Position numbers and translations under genes: made by a program | The notes under the pieces: generated by a model | The model's input: the letters and a program-made list of their open reading frames with translations, nothing else | Told to the model about the DNA's origin: nothing | The model's database searches: none | Assembly: GCF_963921235.1 (NCBI RefSeq) | Contig: NC_086118.1 | Location: 24,306,001 to 24,370,000 of the forward strand | Source of the DNA: Mobula hypostoma | Taxonomy: Eukaryota | Length of the DNA: 64,000 bases | Direction: 5' to 3' | In this document: positions 1-13,108 of the stretch, in pieces | Position numbering within the stretch: the stretch's first letter is position 1 | How the letters are laid out: every line of letters begins with the position of its first letter

Positions 1-379
1 AATATAAAATTTAAATTGTCTTGGAAGGCTTCTGAACGTTAGAAATCTGAGACACTCCAAGAGCTGGAGTCCTTTGGCGGGTGATAAATCTGAGCTGTGT
101 CTTTGCTGCTGGACCAAGACATTTTCACCAGTGCTGTGGTGGGACTTGTTCTGGACAACACACAAAAGTGGAACTGCATGAGACCATTCCCGTTTTGTGC
201 AACAAGATTGTTGCATTAAAAATCCAAATCACTGCAATGGCCTTTTGTCCAGCAGCTTCTGTCATTATAACTTGAGCAGAGGAAATTATTCTGCAAATGA
301 AGTAATTAATTATTTGTAATTTTATAATAATATTCTAAAGTTTTGTGGGAGAAGCTAGGAAAGATGGTGACAGAGGTTT

Positions 380-1165
380 TTGTAGACCCCGGCGACTTCT
401 TCAGATTGTCCACGAAACGGCTTATTCTTCCTTTTTCATGTCTTGCTTTTTTTTCAAGGTGTCTGGGATTTTGTCGGAGCCCATGATCTACAATTCAAAC
501 TATGGTTCTCTGCAAGTGGTGGGTTTTTGCACCGACATTTTGATACCTCCGGGGTGGGGGGGGGGGGGCGGTGCTGGAATACATGAAGCTTTCAGGGTCT
601 GCTTAGTAGGGTTTCTTTTTTATTATCACAAAAGCTTTTCAATCTTTAAGATAATTTTTTTTTTCCTTGAGACATTGTAAGTGTTGTTACTTTGATGTAC
701 TCATGTTATTTTTTTTTGAATAATATAATAATAAAAAGATTTGAAAAGAGAGCTTTCAGGGTCTGCTCTCTCTCTCTCTCTCTCTCATGGTCCTGAGGAT
801 CCTCAAGTCGGGGGGGGGGGTAGTGTAGGGATTCTCAGAGAAGTGATGTGGGACATTATAACACTGGAACAGCGAGCTGCTGGTCTCCCGCTCTCGTTGT
901 TGCAGGACCGACCTCTAGATCAAGGTCTCTTTGGGGGCTTTGCTATTGGGTGCATGATAGGGAGGGTCGTTGATTTTGCTGCTGCAAGTGGGTGGAGGGG
1001 GAGGGTTGATACTTTTGCTGCTCTTGCACATGGGGGGGGGACTTCTGATGTTTCTGTCATTTGTTCTTTGTTTTTATTTCTGGTTCATGTTTGTCTGTGA
1101 AGAGTAAGAATTTCAAGTTGTATGTTGTATGCATTCTCTGATATTAAATTGAACCACTGGATCAT
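380..1165 (+). mobile_element. Degenerate non-autonomous LINE-like repeat, interrupted by an L1-like 3' end
   Basis: GC-richer body ending in a Rex/L2-like tail (GTAAGAATTTCAAGTTGTATG...ATTAAATTGAACC); split by a TSD-flanked insert. Confidence 0.35.
604..750 (+). mobile_element. 5'-truncated L1/Tx1-type LINE 3' end
   Basis: Perfect 17-bp TSD AGCTTTCAGGGTCTGCT at 587-603 and 751-767; T-rich 3' UTR ending AATAAAAAGATTTGAAAAGAG. Confidence 0.65.
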
Positions 1166-1599
1166 TCTGAATCAATCAATGTGAGCATTAGGAATGAAAG
1201 ATTCACAATTGGTCTGATTATATATCAGGATCAGGAAATGAGCGGTAGGGTGCTGACACGAGTCGGGGTGAAACTTATGGATCACTTGGCAAGTGATTTT
1301 GGGATAGGGATAGTGTCAACTGGAGAGATTATCTGAGAAACTCAGTAGCAAGGGCAATGGGTGAGAGAAAACACTAAGATCAGAACTTTAAAGAAGATCT
1401 GCCTGGGAAACTTTGGGTGCTCCAAATTTCCCAATTGCACACTCGATTAGGCTGGGCCTCAATTAATGATGAAAATTTAATTTAAGGAAGTGCAAAACAG
1501 ACATTGAGAATTTTAATAAATACATTACACTAACAGTTTTAGATTTCCAAATTTACTTGATGCTTACATTTTAACAAAAAGAATCATATTATTTGTAAT

Positions 1600-1790
1600 A
1601 AAAACACAAAATACTGAAAAGGTCAGGGAACATCTATTAAGAGAGAAATGAAGTTAATTCTTCTGACCAAACTATTTGTAGCTCTGATAAAAGATTATCA
1701 TCCTATTCCACCCTCCCTTCCCATAGATCCTGCCTGACTTCCTGAGTACTTACAGGTTTTTCTGTTTTTATTTTAAATTTCCAGAAACAT
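1600..1790. mobile_element. Very old PLE pseudo-LTR foldback relic
   Basis: AAAACACAAAATACTG...CATAGATCCTGCCTGACTTCCTGAGTA resembles both arms of the younger foldbacks. Confidence 0.35.
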
Positions 1791-2449
1791 TTTGTTTTGC
1801 TTTTAGTTCATATATTATTTATTCTATTTATATAATCTGTTTCATTTTTTACATACATTCATAAACTATTTTCATTAGCATAGTGGCTTTATGTTAGTTT
1901 ATGCCTTTTCCGACAAGGTCCAAATTTAAAGGTGGAAAAGCTGTCAAATATCTCCAGTTGCTGGAGAGACATGGAAACAACCCGAATATGGTAGAAACTG
2001 GAAATATGTAATCCAACCACGCTGAGATTACTTCATCAATCTAAAATATGGTTCCAATTTGAAATGAAGGAGCTTTCCTTCAGGTTCCACAAAATATTCC
2101 AGTACATTACCAAAGCCTTAATTTTTTTCTTTTTCTTCAACCACTGTTATAACCCATAACCACATCCTCCAGATGTCTTATTTATGGACTGATTATAGCA
2201 ATCCAATTTCTACTACAGAAAACCACCAACATTTTGTGAATCTCCTCTCTAGCAGTCATGGTTTGCCATTAAATAGATAATAAGTGGGTTGTGAAATCTT
2301 CTGGGTGGTATCACTTGCTGAGACTCCCTGCACTTTTGCTGAAAGAAGAATTTGAATGCATGCAGCACTACATAGGGGACGTTTCAAGTCACTGTACATC
2401 GCCTACCATTATCTCTGTTATAAGAGAATGTAAAGATGCAACCAATCTG

Positions 2450-2715
2450 AAATAATTCTTTGAAATTTATTTTGGCCAGGACTCTGGGAAGAACTTCATT
2501 TTCAAATAATGCAACAGGATCTTTAATGTCCATCTGGGATACTAGATTGAAGGTCTCTTTATCGTCACCTCCAAAAACATCACTTGTCATCTCAAACTTT
2601 TTCCGAGCTACTGAACAGAAGTGTGAGCCTATATTATAGCATTAAATCTCTAAAATGTGGTTTGAACCTGTAAAACCTTCAGAATGAGAAGCTGAAGTGC
2701 AATTTGCCGATTTTG
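2450..2715 (-). mobile_element. Ancient DeuSINE (tRNA head plus Deu domain)
   Basis: Minus strand has B-box-like GGTTCAAACC, then CAGATGGACATTAAAGATCCTGTTGCATTATTTGAA...GTTCTTCCCAGAGTCCTGGCCAA, resembling the Deu core. Confidence 0.55.
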
Positions 2716-2964
2716 CAGCAGTTTGATCACCCATTCAAGAAAGTCCCCACATGTTGCGTGGAAAGTTTGGGGCAGAAACAACATAATATAGTGTCAGCCA
2801 ATGACTAGTTACACATAGAGACAGAGAAGCAGACCATGCAAGGCATTATGGAATGGAATAAAATGTGATAAAATAAATCATGATGGTTGTTGGAACCTTT
2901 GTAAGATAATTTGAAATTATATCTGTAATCCAGTAGTTACATTCATTTCTTTGGGAATAAGAGA

Positions 2965-3647
2965 GTCGGCAGCTTTAAATTCCTGAGCTTGAACATACCA
3001 GATGACCTGCCCTGGACCCAGCACATAGATGCAATCACAAAGAAGGTGTGGCAGTAACATCATTTTCTGACAAAGTTAAGGGGGCTCAGCTACCCACCAA
3101 ACACTTTAACAAACACCTACTGATGTACCACTGAACATATCCTGACTAGTTACGTCATGATCTGATATGAAATTTCAAATGTACATAAAAATAAGAAGCT
3201 GCAAAGAGTGATGGACACAGTGTAATGCATCATGGGCGCATCTCTCCCCACCAGGAGTAGTATCTACAGGTGGTACTGATTCAAGAAGGCATCATCAATG
3301 ATCCTCACCATGCCATCTTCACACAGCTGCTATTGAGCAGGAGGTAACAAAGCATGAAGACCCACACTGCCACACTCAGGAACAGCTACTTCACTGGGAC
3401 CATTCACTTCTTGAATCAACAGGAGCAACTTTAATTACTGAAGTTTAGCAACTCAATGACTACTTTTACAGTGACATGTATTTGTTTTTTTGTTGTAATT
3501 CTGTTCTATCTTGAATAGTTTATGGCTAATTTATGTTTTTCTTGTGAATGCTACTCATATGATTCAATACGCCTATGATGCTGCTGCATGGAAGTTTTTC
3601 ATTGCACCTGTGAATAAATATGCATATGACATTAACCCAACTTTGAC
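2965..3647 (+). mobile_element. Rex/Babar-type LINE 3' fragment
   Basis: Degenerate ORF2 C-terminus (AGCTTTAAATTCCTG...; ACTCAGGAACAGCTACTTC) plus 3' UTR; similar to other copies in the window. Confidence 0.65.
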
Positions 3648-3722
3648 TATGATAAGACAATGATTCTTTTGAAGAACATTTTGGATACATATGATAAGAC
3701 AATGATTCTTTTGAAGAACATT
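3648..3722. repeat. 33-bp direct duplication with 9-bp spacer
   Basis: TATGATAAGACAATGATTCTTTTGAAGAACATT at 3648-3680 and 3690-3722. Confidence 0.9.
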
Positions 3723-3899
3723 GTGTGATTCAGAAGAGACTTATGCATCTGAAGCAAGTCAACAGAATTTAAATCTATTGTCATTTAGTACTTGTTAAAT
3801 GTTGAGCTGGTGATTATTGTTCATTGAAACAGTTGTCAAGCAGTTAATCCCAAGTAATAAAGTGCTTGAATGTTGACTAAACTGTTGTTCATAACTTCC

Positions 3900-4390
3900 A
3901 TGGAAATTCAATTGGCAAACTGGTAAGGTGGTTTAGAAGCATGTAGGATACTTTCCTTTACTAACCATTAGTATATAAGAGAAGGAAGGTGATTGTAGAA
4001 CAGTAAAATGCACAGGTAAGCTACCACACTTCAGTAATGATTGTAAGGTTGTGGAAAAGTTACAGGGAGATTTATCAGAATAAGATCAAGTAGCTTTAGT
4101 TACACCCAAGACCATGGCAAAAATTAATTGGCAAGAGCTAGAAGAGAAATAAAGAACTTTTTCACAATTTTTTTCTGGAATTTGGAAGGCACCTCATAAA
4201 AAGTATTGTGAAATTAGATAGCATGGAAATGCTCGGAGGTCATTGGATATTTCTTGAAATAGATGGATTTTTGGGAAAAGAAAAGAAGTAGCACGGGATT
4301 AGATGATATGGAACTATGTTGGATAACTATTACAAAGTATTGACACAGGCATGAAGGGTTAAATGGCCTTGAATGCCGTAAAATGGATCT
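3900..4390 (+). mobile_element. Highly degenerate CR1 3' fragment
   Basis: Residual CR1 3' UTR (GACACAGGCATGAAGGGTTAAATGGCCT) and decayed ORF2 end. Confidence 0.4.
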
Positions 4391-4956
4391 TTCTATAAGC
4401 TAAGACTTTGAAAACACAAAAATGCAAAATAATTGAAAATTGTATTACAACTTAGTAAGAATAATAAGGACTTACTTTGTTCTATGTACAGTATATCATC
4501 ATAATAAACTGTATCTATAATCCACAAACATCTGATTGACTAATACAATTGTCTGAACCAGTGAATGATCACAATACAGTAAATACTTTCTCTTTGAATG
4601 CTTTTGTGATTTTGTTCAAGATTCTAAGGAGTCAACAGCTTCCAAAATGTATTAATAACAAATCTCGCATAACATCCCTTTTCAGAAACTACCTCCTGAA
4701 CCCCAAGGTATTCCATGCATTTTGTTTACACGGATCCACCCTGAATTCTGTCCGCGTACAATGACTCTTTGTGTCAAAGCAATCGAGCTGTGTCCAGTAT
4801 TTCCATTTCACTGTCTTTCTGTGTCACTTGCAGTTATGCAGCTGTATTACCTTATTTTGAGTCTCCAGTAACATTATTATAAGCTTGTGGTACTTCTCTG
4901 AACATCCTCCAGTACTTAAACATCAGCCCTGTGACTCATTGATAGGTGATAAATTC

Positions 4957-5149
4957 CACATTTTAATTCCACGTCCCGTTCCCATTCTGATATGTCTATC
5001 CACGGCCTCCTCTACTGTCAAAATGAAGTCACACTCAGGTTGGAGGAACAACACCTTATATTCCATCTGGGTAGCCTCCAACCTGATGGCATGAACATTG
5101 ACTTCTCAAACTTCTGCTAATGCCCCACCTCCCCCTCGTACCCCATCCG

Positions 5150-5197
<48 letters not shown>

Positions 5198-5558
5198 ATA
5201 CACACACATTCTTTTTCTCTCTCTCTCTCCTTTTTCTCCCTCTGTGCCCCTCACTATACCCCTTGCCCATCCTCTGGGCTTCCCCCCCCCTTTCTTTCTC
5301 CCTAGGCCTCCTGTCCCATGAACCTCTCATATCCCTTTTGCCAATCACCTGTCCAGCTCTTGGCTCCATCCCACCACCAACGCCGCCCCCCCCCCGTCTT
5401 CTCCTATCATTTCAGATCTCCCCCTCCCACTTTCAAATCTCTTACTAGCTCTTCTTTCAGTTAGTCCTGATGAAGGGTCTTGGCCTGAAACTTCGACTGT
5501 ACCTCTTCCTAGAGATGCTGCCTGGCCTGCTGCGTTCACCAGCAACTTTTATGTGTGT
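4957..5558 (+). mobile_element. Penelope-like element 3' fragment (GIY-YIG C-terminus plus pseudo-LTR)
   Basis: Encodes HFNSTSRSHSDMSIHGLLYCQNEVTLRLEEQHLIFHLGSLQPDGMNIDFSNFC*, nearly identical to the ORF at 13109-13435; (ATTT)n at about 5150-5195. Confidence 0.9.
5462..5499 (+). ncRNA. Minimal type I hammerhead ribozyme motif (PLE)
   Basis: TAGTC-CTGATGA-AGG(GTCTTGG)CCT-GAAAC-TTC-GACTG; helix I TAGTC/GACTG; UUC triplet variant. Confidence 0.7.
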
Positions 5559-6438
5559 AACATGATTACTATTGTTTTGCTTACATAGCTCAGCTAAGAG
5601 ATGATTGCTTTACTTTGTTAACTTTGTTCCTTTACTGAGTGGATTTTTTTATTCTCTCGGGAGATTACATAGCTCTGCTGAGGTGGGATGGGAGAGAGGG
5701 ATTCCCTGCTGCCAATATGGGCTGCAGAGCAGACTTGATACACCAATTAGCCTTTCCATACTGATCAGTTTTAAAGATGACCATGACTTTGCTGAGGTCC
5801 CAAAATCTTCTTTTTAATATTAATTGTTTCAATACTCTACATGGAGTAGTTCAAATCATTTCAAATTTTCAATATTAGCAGTTACTTGCTCAACTAGTTA
5901 ATGAGATAAACAGCATAAACTCAATTATTAATTCAAAAGAAAAATTCATACCTAAGTTCTGTATGTAGAATAACTTTACCTAAAGTTATGCTAAAATAAA
6001 CCCGGACTCTGCTATAGAAAAGTTTGTCCAAATAGCTCTGCATATTAACCAGCACTTACATACAGGGGGTTGGTATTCTTACTTTGATGCATGCCAAGAC
6101 CAACTAATACGACATTATGAGGGAAAAAAATGCATTTTCTTCTCATTATTGCTGGAATTAGGAACCTGGCAGGAGTTTTAGTGCAGGATAGGTCCTGGAA
6201 GTATGACAACTTTTAATTAATAGCATGCTGTTAGTATATTTTTACTTTACTGTCACTCAATATCATCTGGAGACCTTAGACTGAAAAACTACAGCCTTCA
6301 GACTGAAAGAGCGTGGACTGAAAATATTTAAGATATCCAAAGAATGTTCTTGGTGAACTATGCAAGTTTAAAAGGAGAAAGGGAAAGAACATTTATGAGA
6401 AGTGAAATAATCAATTTCAACATTTATAAAATAGCAAA

Positions 6439-6500
6439 ATTACATCAATATTGCTATTACTCAAGTAATATTACATCAATATTGCTATTACTCAAGTAAT
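6439..6500. repeat. 31-bp perfect tandem duplication
   Basis: ATTACATCAATATTGCTATTACTCAAGTAAT x2. Confidence 0.9.
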
Positions 6501-8029
6501 ATTTCCCTCCTTATTTTCTAGTTTTTATTCTTTTACTTCTCTTACTCTTACTCTTTTCCTACACTTCTGCCTGGAGTCCAGGAGAGTGAACCACAGGGAC
6601 CTGTTATTTTGATGCCAACGTTTCTTGCTGAGATTAGAATTTATATTGTGGGTCTAAAATTAGATGAAGGAAGATCCTCTGTCTCAAAAAATAAATCTCT
6701 GAACCGAAAAGTGTGTTGATTTATTATCTTTATATAAAGAGAGAAAAATACAGAAAATGTGGAAAATAAACCAACTCACTTTTACGATTTTTTTTGCTGG
6801 CCTAGAAGTTTCTATGAGTGTGTACCATTTCTTTAAGTACAGTCAGCAGTGAAAGAAAAAAAACATCAAAACGGCAGAAGGAATTAAGAGTATTACATGC
6901 AGTGTAAATCAAATCACTCTAGCCTCTTAAACTAATTTAAAAAATACATTGAACTAAATGAAGCCCAGGTCATATCCCCCGACTGAGTCAATCATTCTCA
7001 GGAATTTCCAGTAACTGAGTACGTATCTAAAAAGACAGTAAGATGTTTCTTCTGAGCACAAAACAAACAAAAGCTAACGTTTTAAAAATCCACATATTTA
7101 CATTCTTAAAAAATTAACATCTGTGTTTCAGTAAAAGGACAACAGCATCCATGCATTTGTCAAGGAATAGATTTGAAAAAATAGAAATATAATGTTGCAA
7201 GCCCATGTGGATATCACTAACATCACTGTGAGCAGTTATGGTCGGGCAGCATCTATAGCGAGAGTACCTAAGACTTTAGTACATACCATCGTCAGATTAC
7301 AAACAACCCTGTTATGGAGACCACTTCATACAGATGAGCTGCCATAATATTCTTAAATTCAGAAGTCTAACATAGGTACAAATATTCAGTCCGACAAATG
7401 GTAGAATGAGTTTCCTCTCTCTCTCTTTCACTTTTTGTAATTGTTTTTTCTTATCTGTCTCTTGTGCTTTTGATCTAATTCATTGCAATACCGTGGAGGT
7501 ATGGGTACCATAGTGGGTGACTTTTGTCTATTTTCAAATTTATGGCCAAAACTTGTTCATTGCCAGGGGATAGCCTATAAACAGATCTGTCTTCAATATT
7601 CTCATTTTTCATTCAAATCCCTGAGTTTAAATGTATTTACCCTGATGAATCAACTGCACTTTTAAAATATATTAGTACATTAAAACTATTGATATAAACA
7701 TTTCACTTTTAATAAAAACAACGATAATTCAAGTTAGATGTTAAAGGAGAAAATTTAGACCAGGAGCCTTTGTCTGCTTGTTAATACTCACAAGCATGTT
7801 GCAGAACACCACAGGTTAGCTTGGACCATGCTAGGAGATGCTGGCAGTTCTGTAGCAAATTTTTGGTGTCACACTGCAGAAATGTCATGAACTTTGAAAT
7901 TTGTCCAGATGGGGAGCATACCTTCTGAATGTGTCCTAGGTTGAGTCTGGAGCAGGAGCAATATCTCCACTCAGTCGATAGGAAACAAGTATCTATGTGG
8001 GACAAGTGAGAGGTAGGACCAACAGGGTA

Positions 8030-8800
8030 GGTCTTACACAATAAATGGTAAGGCACTGAGGAGTGCGGCAGAACAAAGGGATCTGGGAATACAGGTCCAT
8101 AATTCATCGAAAGTAGCATCACAGGTAGATAGGGTTGCAAAGAAAGCTTTAGGTGCATTGGCCTTCATAAATCAATGTATTGAGTATAGGAGATGGGATG
8201 TTAGGTTGAAGTTGAGTAAGACATTGGTGAGATTGGTGAGGCCTAATTTAGATATTGTGTGCAGGTTTGACCACTTACATACAGGGAAGATGTAAATAAG
8301 TTTGAAAGAGTACAGAGAAAATTTATGAGGGCATTGCTGTGTCTGGGGGACCTGAGCTACAAGGAAAGATTGAATAGGTTAGGACTTTATTCCTTGCAAT
8401 GTAGAAGACTGAGAGGAGATTTGATAGAGGTATACAAAATTATGAGGGGTACAGATGGGTAAGCGCAAGCAGGCTTTTTCCACTAAGGTTGGGTGAAATT
8501 GCAACTAGAGGTCATGGGTTAAGGGTGAAAAGTGAAAAGTTTAAGTGGAACATGAGGGGAAACTTCTTCACTCAGAGGGTCATGAGAGTGTGGAACAAGC
8601 TATCTGCTCAAATGGTGCATGCAAGCTTGATTGCAACATTTAAAAGAGGGTACATAGGTACATGGATGGTAGAGGTATGGAGTCCAATGATCATGGTACA
8701 GGTCGATGGGAGTAATCAGTTTAAATGGTTCAGCATGGACTAGATGGGCCAAAGGGCCTGTTTCTGTGCTGTTCTTTTCTATGACTCTGTGACTCTATGA
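8030..8800 (+). mobile_element. CR1 LINE 3' fragment
   Basis: TRGHGLRVKSEKFKWNMRGNFFTQRVMRVWNKL (CR1 ORF2 C-terminus); 3' UTR GGGCCAAAGGGCCTGTTTCTGTGCTG with (CTATGACT)n-like tail. Confidence 0.9.
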
Positions 8801-9009
8801 GGGACAATGGTAGTGTAAGGTAGTTGTATTTATTTGTGCTGGGAGTAAAGCTGTATCAACTATGGAAATCATTAAGGATTTCAAGAGCTTTTTAAAGGCC
8901 CAACATTCAGAGACTTTGAAGAACTACTGTGTATTTTTAAATAAAAATGTTAATTTAAATATAAAAAAACATAAATAATTGAAACATTACATTGAAACAA
9001 AATTACTAA

Positions 9010-9228
9010 TCACAGACAAGAGATAATCTGCAGATACTGGAAGTCCAAGCAACACACAAAATGCTGGAGGAACTCAGCCAGCCAGGCAGCATCTATGGAA
9101 AAAAGTACAGTCGACATTTCAGGCCGAGACCCTTCACCAGGACGGTCCTGATGAAGGGTCTTGGCCCAAAACATCGACTGCACTCTATCCCATAGATGCT
9201 GCATTTCTCCAGCATTTTGTGTGTATTG
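9010..9228. mobile_element. PLE pseudo-LTR foldback mini-element
   Basis: Inverted arms centred near 9143, each with a decayed hammerhead core; 12-bp TSD CAAAATTACTAA at 8998-9009 and 9229-9240. Confidence 0.85.
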
Positions 9229-9388
9229 CAAAATTACTAAAACTCTTTCCCCTTTACAGGTGTCTCTTATTACATAAATCTAGAATTACCATTGAACCCA
9301 ATTGAATCACAGATCTATTGCAGTTCTGACCCAGAGCAGGATCTGAGAGGTGATTCTGAAAGGGGACATGGGGACAACCTAGCAAGTG

Positions 9389-9392
<4 letters not shown>

Positions 9393-9453
<61 letters not shown>
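9393..9453. repeat. (CA)n microsatellite
   Basis: Seen directly. Confidence 0.95.
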
Positions 9454-9459
<6 letters not shown>

Positions 9460-9489
9460 AATTAAGTAAGTAATGCAAGAAAAGAAAAA

Positions 9490-10075
9490 AAAAAGTGAGG
9501 TAATATTCAGGAATTCATTGTCCATTCAGAAATCTGATGGCGGAGGTGAAGAAGCTGTTCCTGAAATGTTGAGTGTATGCCTTCAGGTTCCTGTACCTCC
9601 TCTTTAACGGTAGCAAAACGAAGAAGTCGTGTTCTGGGTGATGAGGTCCCTTCATGGTGGATGCTGCCTTTTTGAGGCATCGCCTTTTGAAGGTGTCCTC
9701 GATGCTGGGAAGGCCAGTGCCTATGATGGCGTTTACAGAGTTTATAACTTTCTGCAGCTTTTTTTAGTCCTGTGCAGTGGCCCCTCCATACCAGATAGTG
9801 ATGCAACCAGTTAGAATGCTCTCCACGGCAGGTACGTCTGCAGAAAATTGCGACAAACCACTGTCATGCCTGTATTGTAATTGCATCAATACGTTTGGCC
9901 TGGGAAAGATGTTCAGAAATGTTTGACACCCAGGAGCTTGAAACTGCACACCCTTTCCACTGATGATCCCTCAATGAGGACTGGTCTGTGTTTCCTCAAC
10001 TTCCCTTCCTGAAGTCCACAATCAATTCCTTGGTCTTACTGGCGATGAGTGCAAGATTGTTGCCGTGACATGCTG
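9490..10075 (-). mobile_element. Rex/Babar-type LINE fragment
   Basis: Minus-strand peptide ESILTGCITIWYGGATAQD, typical Rex/Babar ORF2 C-terminus. Confidence 0.8.
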
Positions 10076-10450
10076 ACGTTTGTGGCACCATCTAGCAATC
10101 AATAAATCCATCCTGGACTTCCATACTTGAAAACGAATGAACCAATGTCCAGGACTCACAGTCATCTACCACCCCCCCACCCCACCAAATAAAATTAGAT
10201 TTATTGTAGTTGTATTCCTATCACTCTTGATATAACTTGCAATAAACCGATACAAATGAGAATGATACATTTTTAAAATGAATGTGAGTCAGTACCTAAC
10301 AGGGTATTTCAGGTAATTCAACCAGTGAGATTCACCCTGCGGCATGTTTTGGAGTCTTCACGTGATGCATTATTTTCATGTTAATGTTGAGAATGTGATA
10401 ATGTAATTAGACATATTCCTTTCGTTAATACAATTTTTTTCCCCTTGTGT

Positions 10451-10745
10451 TGGTGTGTGGCCAAGTGATTAAGGCATCGGTCTAGTGATCTGAAGGTCAC
10501 TAGTTCGAGCCTCAGCTGAGGCAGCGTGTTGTGTCCTTGAGCAAGGTACTAAACCATACATCGCTCGGCGACGACACTGGTGCCAAGCTGTATTGGCCTT
10601 TCCCTTGGACAACATCAGTGGCATGGAGAGGGAAGCCTTGCAGCATGGGCAACTGCTGGTCTTCCATACAACCTTGCCCAGGCCTGTGCCCTGGAAACCT
10701 TCCAAGGCACAAATCCATGGTCTCACGAGACTAACGGATGCCTAT
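10451..10745 (+). mobile_element. tRNA-derived SINE with RTE-like body and tail
   Basis: A box TGGCCAAGTGA (10458-10468), B box GTTCGAGCC (10503-10511), conserved GTGTCCTTGAGCAAGG segment, hairpin tail GTCTCACGAGAC. Confidence 0.8.
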
Positions 10746-12776
10746 TTATTTTTTTACCCATTCAAAAATAGATACGTAGAAATAGAAAAATGAAAAAATG
10801 TAGCACACCCCAAATAAAATTTATCTGTTAAAGTGTAAATCTAGACTGCTTCAGAAACAGTCTTGCACTTAATTTAGTACAAGCTAAAATTAATACACAA
10901 ACATTAGTAGCTTTTGTACTTCTGGTAGTATCTGAACATGATGCCAGTAACCTTCCAAAGACAAATTAAATTTAAAGTTCCTTACCCCTACTTCTGTCAA
11001 ATACGTTCACTTAGGTTAATGCAATGATCATTTATTTGATCCAATACTTACAATTAATTTTATTTGATTAAACTAGCTGCATTGGTGTAAAGTGGTTGCA
11101 ACCTACCTTTCTGGCATGAGCTCAATTCCTTTTGATAGGAGGAACTATGACATACCCATAGCTACTGTGGCCAACATTTAGTCATCCTTCAGAAAGGTGA
11201 CTCCATAAAAGCATCCAGTCCAAACAGTCTACCTGGCCAAATACTAAATATTTTCTGATTCTGCAATTTTCTAGCGGAACACTGTGAAGGTGAAGTAATT
11301 TCCCAATACTTATGCTGAGGAATCAGCTCAAATATCTTGCATCAGGCTAGAGGTGATGCAAGAAAAAAAATTACATCTATTTGAATGAACTGCTGCAAGA
11401 GGTTGTGACAATTATTGGATAGTTTACATATTTTTGAATCAGTTGCTTTTAAATATTTAATTATTTTTATGTTTTGTGTTTTAGTTTTTATTTCAAACAA
11501 TTGTTTGATTTTTAATGATTTTTTAAAGTATATCAGAATTTACATGTCTTGGAGGCAACATAGCCTGCATTCACTAGATTTTGGTTTTGGGATTTGGGGA
11601 ACAGTTCCAGCAGGGAAATTTCAATGAGGTGTGTCAGTCCACGCCCAAGTTTTTAAAAAAGTAGATTATGGTGTCCAGACCCACTTGATGATTGACAATT
11701 AAGTCTGGGTAAAGAAAGGTAACCTTCACTCAGTGGTTTGTGGATCACTGGAAAACCATGCCACAAGAAGCCGTAAATACTTAACGGTTAAGTACATTTA
11801 GGATTAGGGGATTAGATTTATTTAACACCAAGCTAATCATAGGATTTGTGGATCTAGTGGGAAAGTAGATGAAGTTAATGCAGAGCCATAATCTTATTGA
11901 ATGGAACTGTAGAATCATAAAACCCAATATGCTTCTTTCTTCCAACATTATTTTATACTCCTTGCACCCTCAAATGTTTTAAATGTCCACTTGCTGCAAA
12001 TATCTCCACAGAAGTCAAATTCACTGCTTGAGAGCTCTTAATGATATTTTTGTACCAGAGGATTTGGCGTCCGCCAATCTTTTGGTATTACTCCAGTTTT
12101 TTGTTAGATCTGTGAAAATGTCGAGAAGAACTTTATATAAAACCATTGAGGTACAGTACTTCATTGGTGTAATTCAATTTGAGCTTTTCAAATATAATTA
12201 TCATATATTTTATAATTTATAATTTCACAGAAAACTGGCATAGATCAGCTAGAAATTGGGCAGAACAGTGGTAGATAGACTTTATTCTAGACAAGTGTGA
12301 AGTAAGTAACTTCGGATGGTCAAATTCTGGTAGAGCATATAGAGTAAATGGCAGGAGCCTTTAGTTCATTAATATACAGAGAGACAATGGGATGCAAGTA
12401 TATTGCTTCTTAAAAGTGATAACGCTGATGGGTAGGGTAGTGTAAAGGGTGTTTTGGTATTTGCTATGCTTGTATTCATTTGCTAAACCATTGGGTATTA
12501 ATTGGGACATCAGATTGCATTTGGTTAGATCACATTGAGAGTAATATATATACTTCTGGTCACCACACTACCAGAAGGCTGAAGTAGTCGTTGAAAGAGT
12601 GCAGAGGATATTCACCAGGATTTTGTCTGGAACGGAGGGCTGTAGAGATTGTAGAGGCTATAGAAGCTGGCTTTGTTCTCATTATAATTTAGGAAGCTAA
12701 GGGATTGATCTTAAGCAACACACATAAAAGTTGCTGGTGAACGCAGCAGGCCAGGCAGCATCTCGAGGAAGAGGTG

Positions 12777-12814
12777 CAGTCGACGTTTCAGGCCGAGACC
12801 CTTCGTCAGGACTA
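12777..12814 (-). ncRNA. Minimal type I hammerhead ribozyme motif (PLE)
   Basis: Minus strand TAGTC-CTGACGA-AGG(GTCTCGG)CCT-GAAAC-GTC-GACTG; intact core. Confidence 0.8.
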
Positions 12815-13108
12815 ACTGAAGGAAGAGTGAGTAAGGGATTTGAAAGTTGGAGGAGGAGGGGGAGATCCAAAATGATAAGAGAAGACAGGAGGGGGAGAGA
12901 TGGAGCCAAGAGCTGGACAGGTGATAGGCAAAAGGGATACGAGAGGATCATGGGACAGGAGGTCCGGGAAGAAAGATGGGGTGGGGGGGGGAACCAGAGG
13001 ATGGGCAAGGGGTATAGTCAGAGGGACAGAGGGAGAAAAAGGAGAGTGAGAGAAAGAATGTGTGTATAAAAATAAGTAACAGATGGGGTATGAGGGGGAG
13101 GTGGGGCA

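Noticed and set aside
3648..3722. 33-bp repeats with a spacer, superficially CRISPR-like
   Set aside because: Only two units, 9-bp spacer, eukaryotic context, no cas genes
7781..8158. 125-aa minus-strand ORF with a GTGAGT donor-like site near 7790
   Set aside because: Partly antisense CR1; peptide unrecognised; no partner exons identified
9260..9393. Strong acceptor (CTTTCCCCTTTACAG) followed by a ~43-codon open frame
   Set aside because: No recognisable protein and it runs into a (CA)n repeat; compatible with chance
10451..10520. tRNA gene
   Set aside because: No proper acceptor stem or Pol III terminator; continues into a SINE body
11105..11232. Minus-strand AG...GTAGGT exon-like segment
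   Set aside because: Stops in all three frames
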